Shown here in pieces: positions 1 to 12,040 of a stretch of DNA of 64,000 nt. Location of the stretch: NCBI GenBank assembly GCA_964057225.1, contig OZ059895.1, positions 17,732,001 through 17,796,000 of the forward strand. Direction: 5' to 3'. The DNA is from Auanema rhodensis (taxonomy: Eukaryota > Animalia > Nematoda). Every line of letters begins with the position of its first letter. Position 1 is the stretch's first letter. A program made the translations under genes and the position numbers. Under the pieces are notes generated by a model, which saw only the letters and a list, made by a program, of their open reading frames with translations, had not been told where the DNA came from and ran no database searches.

Positions 1-232
1 ATTGAAACTTATAATTATGGAATTTTCTCAAATCACATAAAAATATGAAGAAAAACTTCCTTCTCAGCAAGAACTGATAATAAAACAATTAACAAATTTT
101 CATTTTTCGGAATTTAGAAGTTTAATATTTTCTTTTTCCTACCTTTTTCCGTTCAAAATTCAATAAAAAATTCTTAATATTCATTAGTCTACCTAAATTA
201 ATTCAAAATAGTTATCGAGACGTCAAAAAAGA

Positions 233-304
233 TGCCTCATGCTGGAATCGAACCAGCGACCTTCTGTTTACTAGACAGACGCTCTGCCCCTGAGCCAATG
301 AGGC
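233..304 (-). tRNA. tRNA-Thr (anticodon AGT), solitary copy
   Basis: Reverse complement is GCCTCATTGGCTCAGGGGCAGAGCGTCTGTCTAGTAAACAGAAGGTCGCTGGTTCGATTCCAGCATGAGGCA. Acceptor stem GCCTCAT/ATGAGGC, anticodon arm TCTGT-CT AGT AA-ACAGA, T-loop GGTTCGATTCC, followed by an oligo-T Pol III terminator. Confidence 0.97.
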
Positions 305-754
305 TTGTAGGAATCGATCTTTATCTTAATTGGATTCCTTCCGTGATAACATATGTCCAGTTAAAACTTTATAACTTGGAAGAATTAAAAGAAAGGCCAT
401 AAGATAGAAAGATAGATACCACTGGCCGTGAAAAACTGAAAGATACTCAAAATAATAAGTTCCATATGTTTAAAAACAAATCCTGCCGTGTCAACATGGA
501 AAACGATAACTTTTATTATGCAAAATCTGATATTATGATTGGAATTCAGTGATTAAATATAGAACAATAATAATTTCATCCACAAAAAATACAAAATATT
601 CCTATGTGATTGTATTTCCGAAATGAATTCGGAAGTCATTGTCTTATACATATACAAGCTTATTGTGGTTTTCCAAATTGTTCATTAAGTGAATAAAAAG
701 AAGTTGACACTTATCTCGTACTTTGTTAATTGCTATCTAATTCCTTCAACTAAA

Positions 755-2100
755 ATGCTTAAAATTATTCTTTTAACTATATTTTCTATAATTACTGTAG
801 TTGGCTTACTTCTTACTATAGTAGTCATGTATCCTGTGGGTATATTAGCTTTTAGGTAAGTTGTAATGGTCTTAAACAGATTTTTCACAATTTCTTTCAG
901 AAAACAATCATCTCCAATTTACCTGATTGTTTGGTCAAATCTCATAATCGATCTAGCGATGCTAGCGCCAGCAACTTTTTACTTAATACCAGCCTTTATT
1001 CTTGATGTTCGAGAAGGCATTCGGGATATCTTAAAAGATACTTTCTTTCCAGAGTTGGCTCTTCCCAGGTGAACGATATAATCTAGCTGTCCGAATTATC
1101 TCCAATATTATTGTTTATTCATGGTTTAATAATTCTGTTAGTCAACTGACAATGGCAATCAACAGGTAGTTGCTGTAATAATTACGGAAAATCTTAAAAA
1201 TTTGTAGATTCTTTGTTGTCTGTTTACAAAGATTTAATCTTTCAACGCCTAATACTGTACGATTTCTTCTGTTTTTGCAACACTTTGGCTCGTTTGTTCT
1301 TCTTATTGTTCATGAATATGTATTATCTTGTTGTCAGTATGTAGTCGTTTCTTTTTGAAGTCACATTTAAAATTCAATCTTTAGACTCTCAGTAGATCCA
1401 ACAGCATATTCATATTCATATGATGGAGATACTATGAATTTAGCAAATCTATATATTGACTTTCCCGTTAGTTATATCACTACAGCATCATGCTTCTTCT
1501 GTTATACCGCGGTATGTTTAGCAAGAGCTGTTGGCATTACTACTGATGAATCATTTAATAATGTCTCATTATTCAGTGAAATATTGAAATGATATTTGAT
1601 AGAGAAATATCAACAAAACAAAAAGAAAAATATTAGAAATAGAATCATTTAATCGTGTATTGCAGGTGTTCATAACATGTAGGAAAGCCACTAAACGAGC
1701 AGCTATCAGCGATGTTTCAAGAATCAAACGTCAACGTAAAGAATACATGTTTGTAGTTTAATATGTGAATCAACATTCAAATCAAAAGTTTAGTTATGCA
1801 GTTCAATTTTGTGCCATTTCCCTCTTCTATCTCTTTGGATGGATACTATTTGAGTTCTTTCCTATGGTAGTCTTTTCTTATGGTCTTAAAAAGCAATGGC
1901 TACTTTTAACTGTGATATGTGTCTCATTGAACCATACATCTAGTGCTTTAGTTTATCTTTTCTTCAACTCTGAGGTATAATATACTAAGATCAACACTGT
2001 AGGAAGGATTCATCTATCATTTTTTCAGGTTAAAGAAATTATGCTTGGAATAAATAAAAAGAAAATCTCTGCGATATCTTTATCTGAAGTGAAAAGATAG
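755..2100 (+). CDS. Serpentine chemoreceptor (7TM GPCR, srx-like family), 7 exons, copy A
   Basis: Hand-spliced open frame MLKIILLTIFSIITVVGLLLTIVVMYPVGILAFR/KQSSPIYLIV...QLTMAINR/FFVVC...LSCC...IDFP...KRQRKEYI/YAVQF...NHTSSALVYLFFNSE/VKE...KR*. All introns GT..AG (first at 856-900). MAINR, CC, D-x-P, YAVQF and VYL-FN motifs are typical of srx receptors. Confidence 0.85.
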
Positions 2101-2631
2101 AACATGAAAAGCATTAAATAACTTATACTATGTAAAATAGTTTCATGGTTTAAATGTATATATATATGTATATATATTAGTTAATTAATTTAAATAAATA
2201 TTCATATATAGTAAAATATAAATAATGAAACAAACTTTTTAAATGATAATGGTAATGTTTGATATCATATAATATCTCCCACATCTGAAAAGACGAGTAA
2301 AACACAAGCAGATTGAACAAAAATAGTATAATATGAAATAAATTATTCATTTTATCATTATTATTATTATATTTAAAGACTCGAGAATAAAAAAATGTTT
2401 AAGAACATCTGCATTTAACTGAAAAAAAGTCTGAAGCATAATAATGTTTATTGAATTTAATTTTTTTTGTGATTTCATTCATAGTCTGCTTTCTTACTTG
2501 ATCCGATTTATCGTTTTTCTCTCCCTCATATGCTACCGATTACCATTAAGAATTTAAACTTTAAAGAAATTTGGTATAGTTAACATCAATTATGCTATTT
2601 AACTTCAGAATATTTTTCTTCTTTACCTACA

Positions 2632-4010
2632 ATGATCAGGATTGTTTTTTTGTTTGTCTTTGGTTCAACAAATGCAATTGCACTTATATTAACAATACTA
2701 GCACTTTATCCAGTTATTTTATTATCAATAAAGTAAGTTTTTTATTTAAAAAATTATATTAAATCATATAACTAAAATATTAAAGAAAAAATAAATCCTC
2801 ACCTGTTTATTTATTTGCTGCATCAAATCTTGTTTTAAGTTGTATTCATATTTGTATAAATCTTTTCTATATACTTCCCTACGACATGAAAGATGTTAGT
2901 TGTTAAATATGAATAAAAACTGAAAATTGTTGTAAATTAAAATTCTGTTTAGAACTCATTTTTTGATGGCGATTGGAATCATCCATTAATACAATTCTTT
3001 TCAAATATTATACTTTTCTGTTGGTACTGTACATCAATCTCACATTTAGTTATAGCTATAAACATGTATTACACATATATACTTATAGCATATAATATTT
3101 TTATTTTAAGATTAGCTGTTGCTTGCTTCCCACATCATGTCATATTGGCATCAAAATTTCTTCGATGTTGTCTATTTCTTCATTATCCTATATCATTAAC
3201 TATTACAATTATGGCACAATATGTATTACCTTGTTGTGTGTATGTTTAGAATTTTGTTTCGTTTATATGTTTTCAATAATAAAAATAAACAAAGATTATA
3301 TTTGTAATTTAGATTTTCTGCTGATCCAGACTCATTACTAATCTTAAGCACAAATTCAAAAGTTGGACCAAATTATTCAAGAGATTATATTGACTTACCA
3401 TTTATAATTATAATATTAATTATATGTTCCATTTGTTATATTTCTGTTAGTTATTTATATAATATTAATATCAAAAACTATCTTTTTATCTATGTTATAG
3501 GTTTTTTGTATATCTAGGAAACATACTAAAACTGCTGCTATTAGTGATACTATTCGAACAAGACGAAAACAAAGAGAATTTGTGTAAGTTATATCTATAT
3601 AAATTCATATTCATGTATGTATATACATGGTTTTCATATTAGTTAGGTTTATGCGGAAGTTTTTCATATCTTATGAGCAGTAATGAAGTACATATATGTG
3701 CATGCAAAAATATTTTTCAGAAGCACAAGCGTATTCTTTGCAATTTTTTTGATTCATCTTAGTAATTGGATACTATATCGTCTTTGGCCAGATATTGTAT
3801 TCGGCTTATCCATGTCTCAAAACTGGCTTGTTATAATACCGGAATTCGCCACGTTGAATTGTTCTTCAAATGCTATTGCATCTCTTCTATTCAATCTTGA
3901 GGTTACAAATAGCTTAATCATATTACTAAATATGTGATAATTCTTTTCAGATCAAGCAAACGTTTTTAAGTTTGTGCAAAAACTCAATAATAGCAAGAAT
4001 TGTAACTTGA
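2632..4010 (+). CDS. Serpentine chemoreceptor (srx-like), 7 exons, divergent copy B
   Basis: MIRIVFLFVFGSTNAIALILTILALYPVILLSIK/KNKSSPVY...IAINI/LAVAC...VLPCC...IDLP...RRKQREF...NCSSNAIASLLFNLE/IKQ...*. Intron positions match copy A and the frame stays open after splicing. Confidence 0.8.
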
Positions 4011-4525
4011 TACTTCATATAAAAATTTTAAAAATCTATGTGTATTATTCTGTTTTAGAAATCTCAAATGCAACTTTATAGTCTATAAAAATTATTTTTT
4101 TTTTGCTGTTATACTTTTTTTCGTACGATTTTTGATATCAAAGGATGAAACATCAAAAAATATTTTGAGCAGCAGAAAGCATGTGGCTTCTATTTGTAAT
4201 TGTCGTTTGATGCTCGAAGACAAATGGTTTTGATCTATTTGAATCTGAAATGTATAGCATTATTATAATATTTTTAAAAAACAATATTTATATCTGCTTA
4301 CGTTAATATGTATTTATTTTTTGATACATCATGAATTCTGAAAAAAGAGCAAATGATATCATACACTTGTGAATGATAAATGACTAATGTTAAGTAGAAA
4401 CCAAAAATTATAAAATTTTGTTTAAAAAAATTCAAATATATAAAAGGCTGAATAGATAAATTAAAATAGTTTTGGCTCGTCTGCATATGTATGTTGCCAC
4501 CTTCATTCCATTCCTATAGAATGAA

Positions 4526-4785
4526 ATTTGTTTCGGTTGTGTATGTAGCGAAACAAAAGAAAGTTTCATATGCGGTGTTTCGAACTAAGGAAACTTATGA
4601 AGCTTCTATCAGAGAGTTTATAGGGAGAGTCACAACTGTAGTATCCGCCTATTAGAGACGTTAATGGTATTAAACTCATGTACATGAATTACGAACATTT
4701 GACGGTGAACCACTCCAAACGTTTTGTCTATCCAATAACCAAGCATATTGGAATCCATGTGTAACGTATTTCAAAAATGTAGGAT
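4526..4785 (+). mobile_element. Degenerate Merlin / IS1595-like (ISXO2-type DDE) DNA transposase relic
   Basis: Across frameshifts and stops it reads ICFGCVCSETKESFICGVSN / RTKETYEASIREFIGRVTTVVSAY*R / NGIKLMYMNYEHLTVNHSKRFVYPITK / ILESMCNVFQK. This follows the Merlin motif order WVFG..RETK..F..V..R..ETL..I...I..GTTI.SDCW.AY....Y.H.TVNHS..FVDP.T..HT..IES.W. No terminal inverted repeats identified. Confidence 0.75.
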
Positions 4786-5883
4786 GTTTCTTATTGTTTC
4801 CAAAAATCAAAAAATCAAAACAATATTAAAAACCCGCATGGAAATAACACTGTTCTAAGCTCAGAACGTGAGAAGATCCACCTAGATCAACTTTAACCAC
4901 ATTTTGAAAATATCTATAAACTACCTATGTTTGAACCCGGTTCTGTTTGTCATTTTTCTTTAAAAAAATGTTTTCTTTGTTATACGGTATTTCCCTGAAT
5001 AAACAAATGTTTGATTTATATGTATAAGAATAGGAAATACTTAATGATATATCTTGCTAATTCATGCACTTTCTGAAAACCTTTCATAAAAGTATTGGGT
5101 ATTGAATACGTAAAGTCTGGTTAGAATATTAACTATAAATTATGTGTAAGCATTAATTTGAATAATTAATTAATGTTTTTAATATTTTAAATATAGCTTT
5201 ATGACTTATCTAAAGGTAGGTTTGTAGGAAATGTACCGAAAAATATAAACATCTGATGTATCTGAAATTCTGTTTTGATTTTTACACTTCAAGTGATCAA
5301 AAGAGATAATTATATAATTTATTATATACATATAGCAAGGCCTCATACAGTAATAAGAAATAAATTCAATTAATATTTATTTATAATAATTACCATATGA
5401 CTTGAACAAGATAACATGTAAGAACAATCATTTAATATTTGAATTATTGGATTTAAACATATATTATAGTTTATATATTTATTATATAATATTATATATA
5501 AATTAACTTTTTAACAATAATAATTATAAAATAATCATATAAATTATTGATATTTAATAATATCTAACATATAATGAACGGAAAAAGAAGATCTGAACAT
5601 AGAAAGAAACATCTTCGAAATATGAAGTCATCTCTTCACTTCACATACATGTTTCATAAATACAACAATGTCTTATTCAAGTTATTTCTCATCAATGCTT
5701 CTCATATCATTTCAATTCAACAATTGTTTTGTGTCATATTTTGTTGTTTATAGTTTGATTATCAATTAACTATGATAAACATAATATAGTATATATAAAA
5801 ATTTGATATTAAGTTATAGAAAAAACAATTTTTAATAAGTATTTGTATCAATCGGACATCATACAAATAAATAAAAAGTTGTT

Positions 5884-5961
5884 TTTCTCCTTCTCTCTCT
5901 ATCTTTCTCTCTCTATATATCTTTCTCTCTCTATATTTCTCTCTCTTTCTCTCTCTCTCTC
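5884..5961. repeat. Imperfect (CT)n microsatellite
   Basis: Runs of ctctct interrupted by tata and tt. Confidence 0.8.
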
Positions 5962-7192
5962 ACTAATTCTTCTAATCAATATAATGATGAAGAATTATAT
6001 AGAATATACTATGAAAGAATAATATTTTCTACTCAATTGTGTTGCAACTGCAAACGAAATATTCGTCTCCACCTACACCCCTTTCCCTTTTCACTAATGG
6101 AAAATCTAATTTTGAAAAGTAAATAGTTAGATAGAGTTCTTACTGTAAATATCAAGTGGATACCTAGAAAGTGAAGCATATGCTGCATTTTCATAAATAA
6201 TACAAAATAATAGTTGTAATTAGCAATAATTATCAAGGTATTATATAAAATGATTAATATTACTTCGGAAAATTGCAATTAGTAAGAATCTCTCTTTCTC
6301 ATATTGCTCTGACACAAGCATGCTACGTTATAGCCATATTCCTGAAATAGTTAAATGTTCTTTATAACAAAATTTTTAAAATATATTCAAAATATTGATT
6401 AAAGTTTTAATTTTATTAGGAAATCTTCCATTAGGCTTTGCATTGATTGAAATATTTTGTTTAGTATACTTGTTTTCCTTGAAATATTTCGATCCAAAAC
6501 TTCTTAATAATTATGAAAATCAACTTCAATCATAATCTGCATTACATGCTATAAGGTTAGAATATCAATGATTAAGCATCATATGGGAAGTTTTGCAAAA
6601 TTTTTACTTGTATATTAGTCTTGAATGTGATAATATAGAGTTCGATCTGAACTCATTCTAAATTCATGTGCTTTAGTACAATCTCAGTTCATTTTTAGTT
6701 TTGAAAAATCTGCTCAGGGCATAAGCAGAGATATAACATTGCTCAAGAATATTCTAAATTAGATTCAATTTACTCAATATTATTGAGTAAATCATAGCTT
6801 ATGAAGTATGAAGTATAAGCTGTAGCTATCATATTTATATAATTCATTTTCTTCTCTCTCATCAAATCTGAATATTTATCATTTGAAGTATAATATAATT
6901 TTTCTTTTTTTTTTGTGTTTATATATTCATAAAGAAAAATAAATAAATCTATAATTATTAATATTTATAGCTTTAATTTTGGATAAATATTATTATTGTA
7001 ACTGATGGTAATTAATATCCTGTTAGGAATTATTGTGATATTGAATCTATTTATTAGTTTTTTTTTCAACTTGTCTTCACACGTTTTCTTACAATTATTT
7101 TAAATTTTTAGATATTTTTTCTCCCATCTTGATTAATGATTAACAATTCAAAATTCAAATTTGAGGAATAATTCATTCTTTCTTCAACGAAA

Positions 7193-8615
7193 ATGCTTAA
7201 AATTATTCTTTTAACTATATTTGGTATATTTTCTGTAGTTGGCTTATTTCTCACTTTATTAGTCATGTATCCAATATGTGTATTAGCTTTTAGGTAAGTT
7301 GTAATGGTCTTAAACAGATTTTTCACAATTTCTTTCAGAAAACAATCATCTCCAATTTACCTGATTGTTTTATCTAATCTTATAGTTGATCTGGGTATGC
7401 TTGCACCAGCCACCTTTTACTCGATCCCAGCTTATGCTTCTGATGTAACTCTGGAATTCCGAAGATATAACATTCTACATTTCGCTTCAGAGTTGGCTCT
7501 TCAAAGGAGAACGATATGATCCGTTCATCAAAATTTTGTCTAATATCATGGTATATTCGTGGTTCAACAATTCTGTAGCTCAAATGGCAATGGCTATCAA
7601 TCGGTTAGAAGTTGCAAAAACAAAATAAATGTTTATCATTAAAGATTTTTTGTCGTCTGTTTACCAAAATATTACCTTTCCACACTTAATGGAGTACGAA
7701 CTCTTATATTTTTTCAACATCTTGTTTCATTGATTTTAGCAATAGTTTACCAATATGGTTTCCCTTGTTGTGCGTACGTCATGAATTTAGAAATTCGATT
7801 TCAAAAATTATATTTCTTTAATTTAGATTATCAGTTGATCCACCAGCATACTCATTTTCATACAATATAGTTGATGAAACTGTAACTAATATGTCTGATT
7901 TATATCTTGATTTACCATTTTGTTCATTCACGTCAATAGTTTGCATTTGTTGTTATACAGCTGTATGTTTCAAGATTTTAAGACCTTATCATGAAATCAT
8001 TACTTCTAATGCAATTTCTGCATGTATACTTCGTTCTCCTTGGGCACGAAGACCACCTATTCAGAGAAATATTGAAATGATATTTGATAGAGAAATATCA
8101 ACAAAACAAAAAGAAAAATATTAGAAATAGAATCATTTAATCGTGTATTGCAGGTGTTCATAACATGTAGGAAAGCCACTAAACGAGTAGCTATCAGCGA
8201 TGTTTCAAGAATCAAACGTCAACGTAAAGAATACATGTTTGTAGTTTAATATGTGAATCAACATTCAAATCAAAAGTTTAGTTATGCAGTTCAATTTTGT
8301 GCCATTTCCCTCTTCTATCTCTTTGGATGGGTAGTATTCTACGTGTGCCCAAGAGTAGTAATTGCATTTGATTTCTCAAAGTGTTGGCTAAACTTAATAT
8401 CAACTTGCTTGGTATTAAACAGTACCTCCAATGCTATAGTTTATCTTTCATTTAATTCTGAGGTATTATAAGCTAAACTGTTAACTATTCAAAAATTATA
8501 TGTTTAATTGAAGGTTAGAGAAGTTCTATCCAATATACGAAAACCAAGGACTAAAGAAGGCAGCGTATCTATTGCATTAGGAAAACGACCAGCTGTGAAT
8601 GCTGCTCCTTTTTAA
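7193..8615 (+). CDS. Serpentine chemoreceptor (srx-like), 7 exons, copy C (close paralog of copy A)
   Basis: MLKIILLTIFGIFSVVGLFLTLLVMYPICVLAFR/KQSSPIY...QMAMAINR...FPCC...LDLP...YAVQF...NSTSNAIVYLSFNSE/VRE...AAPF*. Same exon structure as copy A. Confidence 0.85.
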
Positions 8616-9393
8616 TACTCGAAAAAATAAAATCATAAGTTATTTTATATTGAATAATTAATTTATATATATAGAATACCTAATAAGTGTAAAATATTTG
8701 AAATATCTATAAACTTGAAATGCGATAAAATTGTTTTACTCTAAAATATATATTGAATTTGTTTTAGAAATTTGATGAAATTTCTATTACCATTAAATGA
8801 ATATTACTGTTCTTTCTAATAATATGAAATAATTAATTAAAAATCTAAAATCTAGTTATTGCATATTCATTGTAACCTTATATTTATTCTCTAAGGAATA
8901 TATTATAAATTTATAAATGAAACATTGTATTTGTATGTTTGAGATTAAAAATCATTATGTTCTTATTATATCAATAATTGAAATCATTAATCTATTACTA
9001 ATTGAAAAAACATAATTTGAAACAATTAAATATTTTAATTTAAAAAATTATTCATTAGCCATTTAATTATTTAATGTTTAAAAGTAAAGATAGATAATGA
9101 AAAATTACAGAAATACTTGGTACACAAAAACATCTTTTATATTTTTCAAATTTGTATAAGAAGGATTACTATAATTCATGGAAGACAATGTAATCAAACC
9201 TGTTGTTAACCAAACAAAAACTATTCTTAAATTATGAAGAAAACTTTTTACTTTGGTATATCGAGAAAAAGAAACAGACGTTCTAATGAATTGAAAGAAA
9301 CCACTGAATAAACTAAGAGGAGTAAGATTCAAAAGCAAAAGTTTCGACAACAACGATGGGACGCTAAAATTACTTTGAGAAAGTCTAAAAAGA

Positions 9394-9465
9394 TGCCTCA
9401 TGCTGGAATCGAACCAGCGACCTTCTGTTTACTAGACAGACGCTCTGCCCCTGAGCCAATGAGGC
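9394..9465 (-). tRNA. tRNA-Thr(AGT), array copy 1
   Basis: Same 72-nt sequence as 233-304. Confidence 0.97.
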
Positions 9466-9637
9466 GTGTTGAATTTATTTTATTTCTTGATTACAATCTC
9501 TTTGTCACTTTCAACAATGCGTGCACATATTGAATTGAAAGATTTCATTTGATTCAATGAGAAAAGATGTAACCTGAAGTAAAAGCTTCAAGAACCACGA
9601 ATGGATTCTCAAAATAGTTTGAGAAACTCTAAAAAGA

Positions 9638-9709
9638 TGCCTCATGCTGGAATCGAACCAGCGACCTTCTGTTTACTAGACAGACGCTCTGCCCCTGAGC
9701 CAATGAGGC
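9638..9709 (-). tRNA. tRNA-Thr(AGT), array copy 2
   Basis: Same sequence, 244 bp from the previous copy. Confidence 0.97.
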
Positions 9710-9881
9710 GTGTTGAATTTATTTTATTTCTTGATTACAATCTCTTTGTCACTTTCAACAATGCGTGCACATATTGAATTGAAAGATTTCATTTGATTCA
9801 ATGAGAAAAGATGTAACCTGAAGTAAAAGCTTCAAGAACCACGAATGGATTCTCAAAATAGTTTGAGAAACTCTAAAAAGA

Positions 9882-9953
9882 TGCCTCATGCTGGAATCGA
9901 ACCAGCGACCTTCTGTTTACTAGACAGACGCTCTGCCCCTGAGCCAATGAGGC
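9882..9953 (-). tRNA. tRNA-Thr(AGT), array copy 3
   Basis: Same sequence, 244-bp period. Confidence 0.97.
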
Positions 9954-10125
9954 GTGTTGAATTTATTTTATTTCTTGATTACAATCTCTTTGTCACTTTC
10001 AACAATGCGTGTACATATTGAATTGAAAGATTTCATTTGATTCAATGAGAAAAGATGTAACCTGAAGTAAAAGCTTCAAGAACTACGAATGGATCTTCAA
10101 AATAGTTTAAGAAAGTCTAAAAAGA

Positions 10126-10197
10126 TGCCTCATGCTGGAATCGAACCAGCGACCTTCTGTTTACTAGACAGACGCTCTGCCCCTGAGCCAATGAGGC
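10126..10197 (-). tRNA. tRNA-Thr(AGT), array copy 4
   Basis: Same sequence, 244-bp period. Confidence 0.97.
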
Positions 10198-10372
10198 TTG
10201 GTTTCGGTCTTTCACCTATTGATTATAATCTTCATGCCGGCTTCATCGATATTCAAACCTAACGTATTGGAAGAAGAACGTATTGAATAAACTAAAAGGA
10301 GTAAGATTCATAAGTAAAAGTTTCGACAACAACGATTGGACGCTAAAATTACTTTAAGAAATTCTAAAAAGA

Positions 10373-10444
10373 TGCCTCATGCTGGAATCGAACCAGCGAC
10401 CTTCTGTTTACTAGACAGACGCTCTGCCCCTGAGCCAATGAGGC
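10373..10444 (-). tRNA. tRNA-Thr(AGT), array copy 5
   Basis: Same sequence, 247 bp from the previous copy, with a different spacer type. Confidence 0.97.
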
Positions 10445-11030
10445 TTGCAGCTTCAAATCTTTAGCTGAATTGCATTCTATTTGTTATCATGATCTTAATT
10501 GACAGTTAAACTGGAAGTTACTGTTGAAAGTGAAAAGATAGAAATACATATAAGGGTATCTGTAGAGGTAATAAAATGAAATCGTTTTGAAAGAGTAATA
10601 GTTTTCATTTTAATTCCGCATGCCATGATGAAGTGAATACAAGCAGTTGTTGCCAGCAAACCGGAAATTAATTTGTTTATCCAGTTTTGCATACATTTTC
10701 GAAACATTTGAGACTTCGAGATATAACTGTTTGAGACGTGGCTTCTGGTAGGTAAAGATCAGAAAAATAGATTCGCCTCAAATCAACGTTGTAACTCATA
10801 CTACTCAATATGCTTCAATGAAGAGTGAAAAAAACTCTTTTAAAAAACTTAAAAAGTTTGTATAAGTTTCAATTTATTTCAGTAAAATGCGACGAAGTCG
10901 ATATTGGTGATCGGTATCTTTATATGTACTGCATAAAATACTGATATTATTCATTTTTCCTCACTAAGTTTCCTGTTTTTCAATGCTGCCGTTCAATTAA
11001 CCAACCCATTGTTACATAGCTGTCCAGTAC

Positions 11031-11039
11031 TATATAAGG
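11031..11039 (+). promoter_or_regulatory. TATA box of collagen gene
   Basis: TATATAAGG about 40 nt upstream of ATG 11072. Similar elements precede the other collagens (~17443, ~38377, and 45753-45762 on the minus strand). Confidence 0.5.
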
Positions 11040-11071
11040 TTAACGAATGATTCATTTTCAATTCGAAAACA

Positions 11072-12040
11072 ATGTTCGAAGAAAAGCTGTTGATATCCAT
11101 TTCAGCATTTGCTGCAACACTAGCAATTACTGCTTGCCTCGTTGTCATCCCAGACCTCTACAACACCATCAATGAGGTTCACGATGAGGTTCTCGATGAG
11201 GTTTCATTGTTTCGCGTTGAAGTTGATACCGCTTGGACCGAGATGATGGAAGTTCAACTTACCGTTACTCCACCATCCAAGCCCCGCCAAAATCCATTCA
11301 AGTCTATCTTCCGTCAGAAGAGACAGGACTTCTCTGGACTTCCAGCATGGTGCCAATGTGAGCCAACCAAGCCAACGTGTCCACCCGGACCACCAGGACC
11401 GCCAGGAGAGCCAGGACAGCCAGGTAAATGATGAAGCATCTGAATCATTTTCTTAATTTTATTTTTTGTAGGGCAGAAAGGACAACCAGGACCACCAGGA
11501 GAAGATAATACATTCGTTCATCCACCACCTTCTTGCCCACAAGCAGACTATGGCTGCCGTAAATGCCCCAGAGGTCCACCAGGACCCAAAGGACCCAACG
11601 GACCAATTGGACCTAAGGGATCCGATGGGCACCCAGGAGCTCCAGGCCATCGAGGACAACCAGGATCACCAGGAGCTCCAGGTCCAATTGGAGAAGCCGG
11701 AGCCCCAGGAGCACCAGGACGTGATGGAAAACCAGGACATCGAGGAAAAGATGGAAAACGTTTCATTGGAACTCCGGGAACACGAGGACCAGCTGGATCC
11801 GCCGGACCAATTGGAAACCCAGGAGCCTCAGGAAACCCAGGACAAGACGGAGCCCCAGGACCACAAGGACCAGCTGGACAAGACGGAACCCCAGGATATG
11901 CTGGAGAAGACGGACAACCAGGAGCTCCAGGAAGTGATGGAGCACCTGGAGAAGATGCTGCCTACTGCAAATGTCCCAGTCGTACTACTGTTTATGCCCG
12001 TCAACATAATCGTGCTCCACCTGGGCTTGGATATGCCTAA
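11072..12040 (+). CDS. Nematode cuticle collagen (Col_cuticle_N + Gly-X-Y), 2 exons
   Basis: N-terminal hydrophobic segment, RQKR processing site, [14 protein letters not shown], Gly-X-Y blocks and C-terminal DAAYCKCP. Intron 11424-11471. Confidence 0.95.

Larger units (their letters stand above)
9305..10444. repeat. Tandem array of ~244-247 bp units, each carrying tRNA-Thr(AGT)
   Basis: Three near-identical spacers (gtgttgaatttattttatttcttgattacaatc...) plus a second spacer type (tgaataaactaa..ggagtaagattca...) at ~9305-9393 and ~10284-10372. Confidence 0.95.

Noticed and set aside
233-304. Possible amber-suppressor tRNA (CTA appears in the anticodon loop)
   Set aside because: With the 5-bp stem TCTGT/ACAGA the 7-nt loop is CT-AGT-AA, so the anticodon is AGT (Thr). 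The same logic gives AAC (Val) for the other tRNA.
6769-6791. Short hairpin tttactcaata-t-tattgagtaaa, with a similar inverted repeat near 25890-25922
   Set aside because: Too short and AT-rich to separate from chance; no target-site duplication or family evidence for a MITE.
9394-10444. Regularly spaced identical repeats resembling a CRISPR array
   Set aside because: The repeats are 72-nt tRNA genes, the spacers are themselves repeated, the context is eukaryotic and there are no cas genes.
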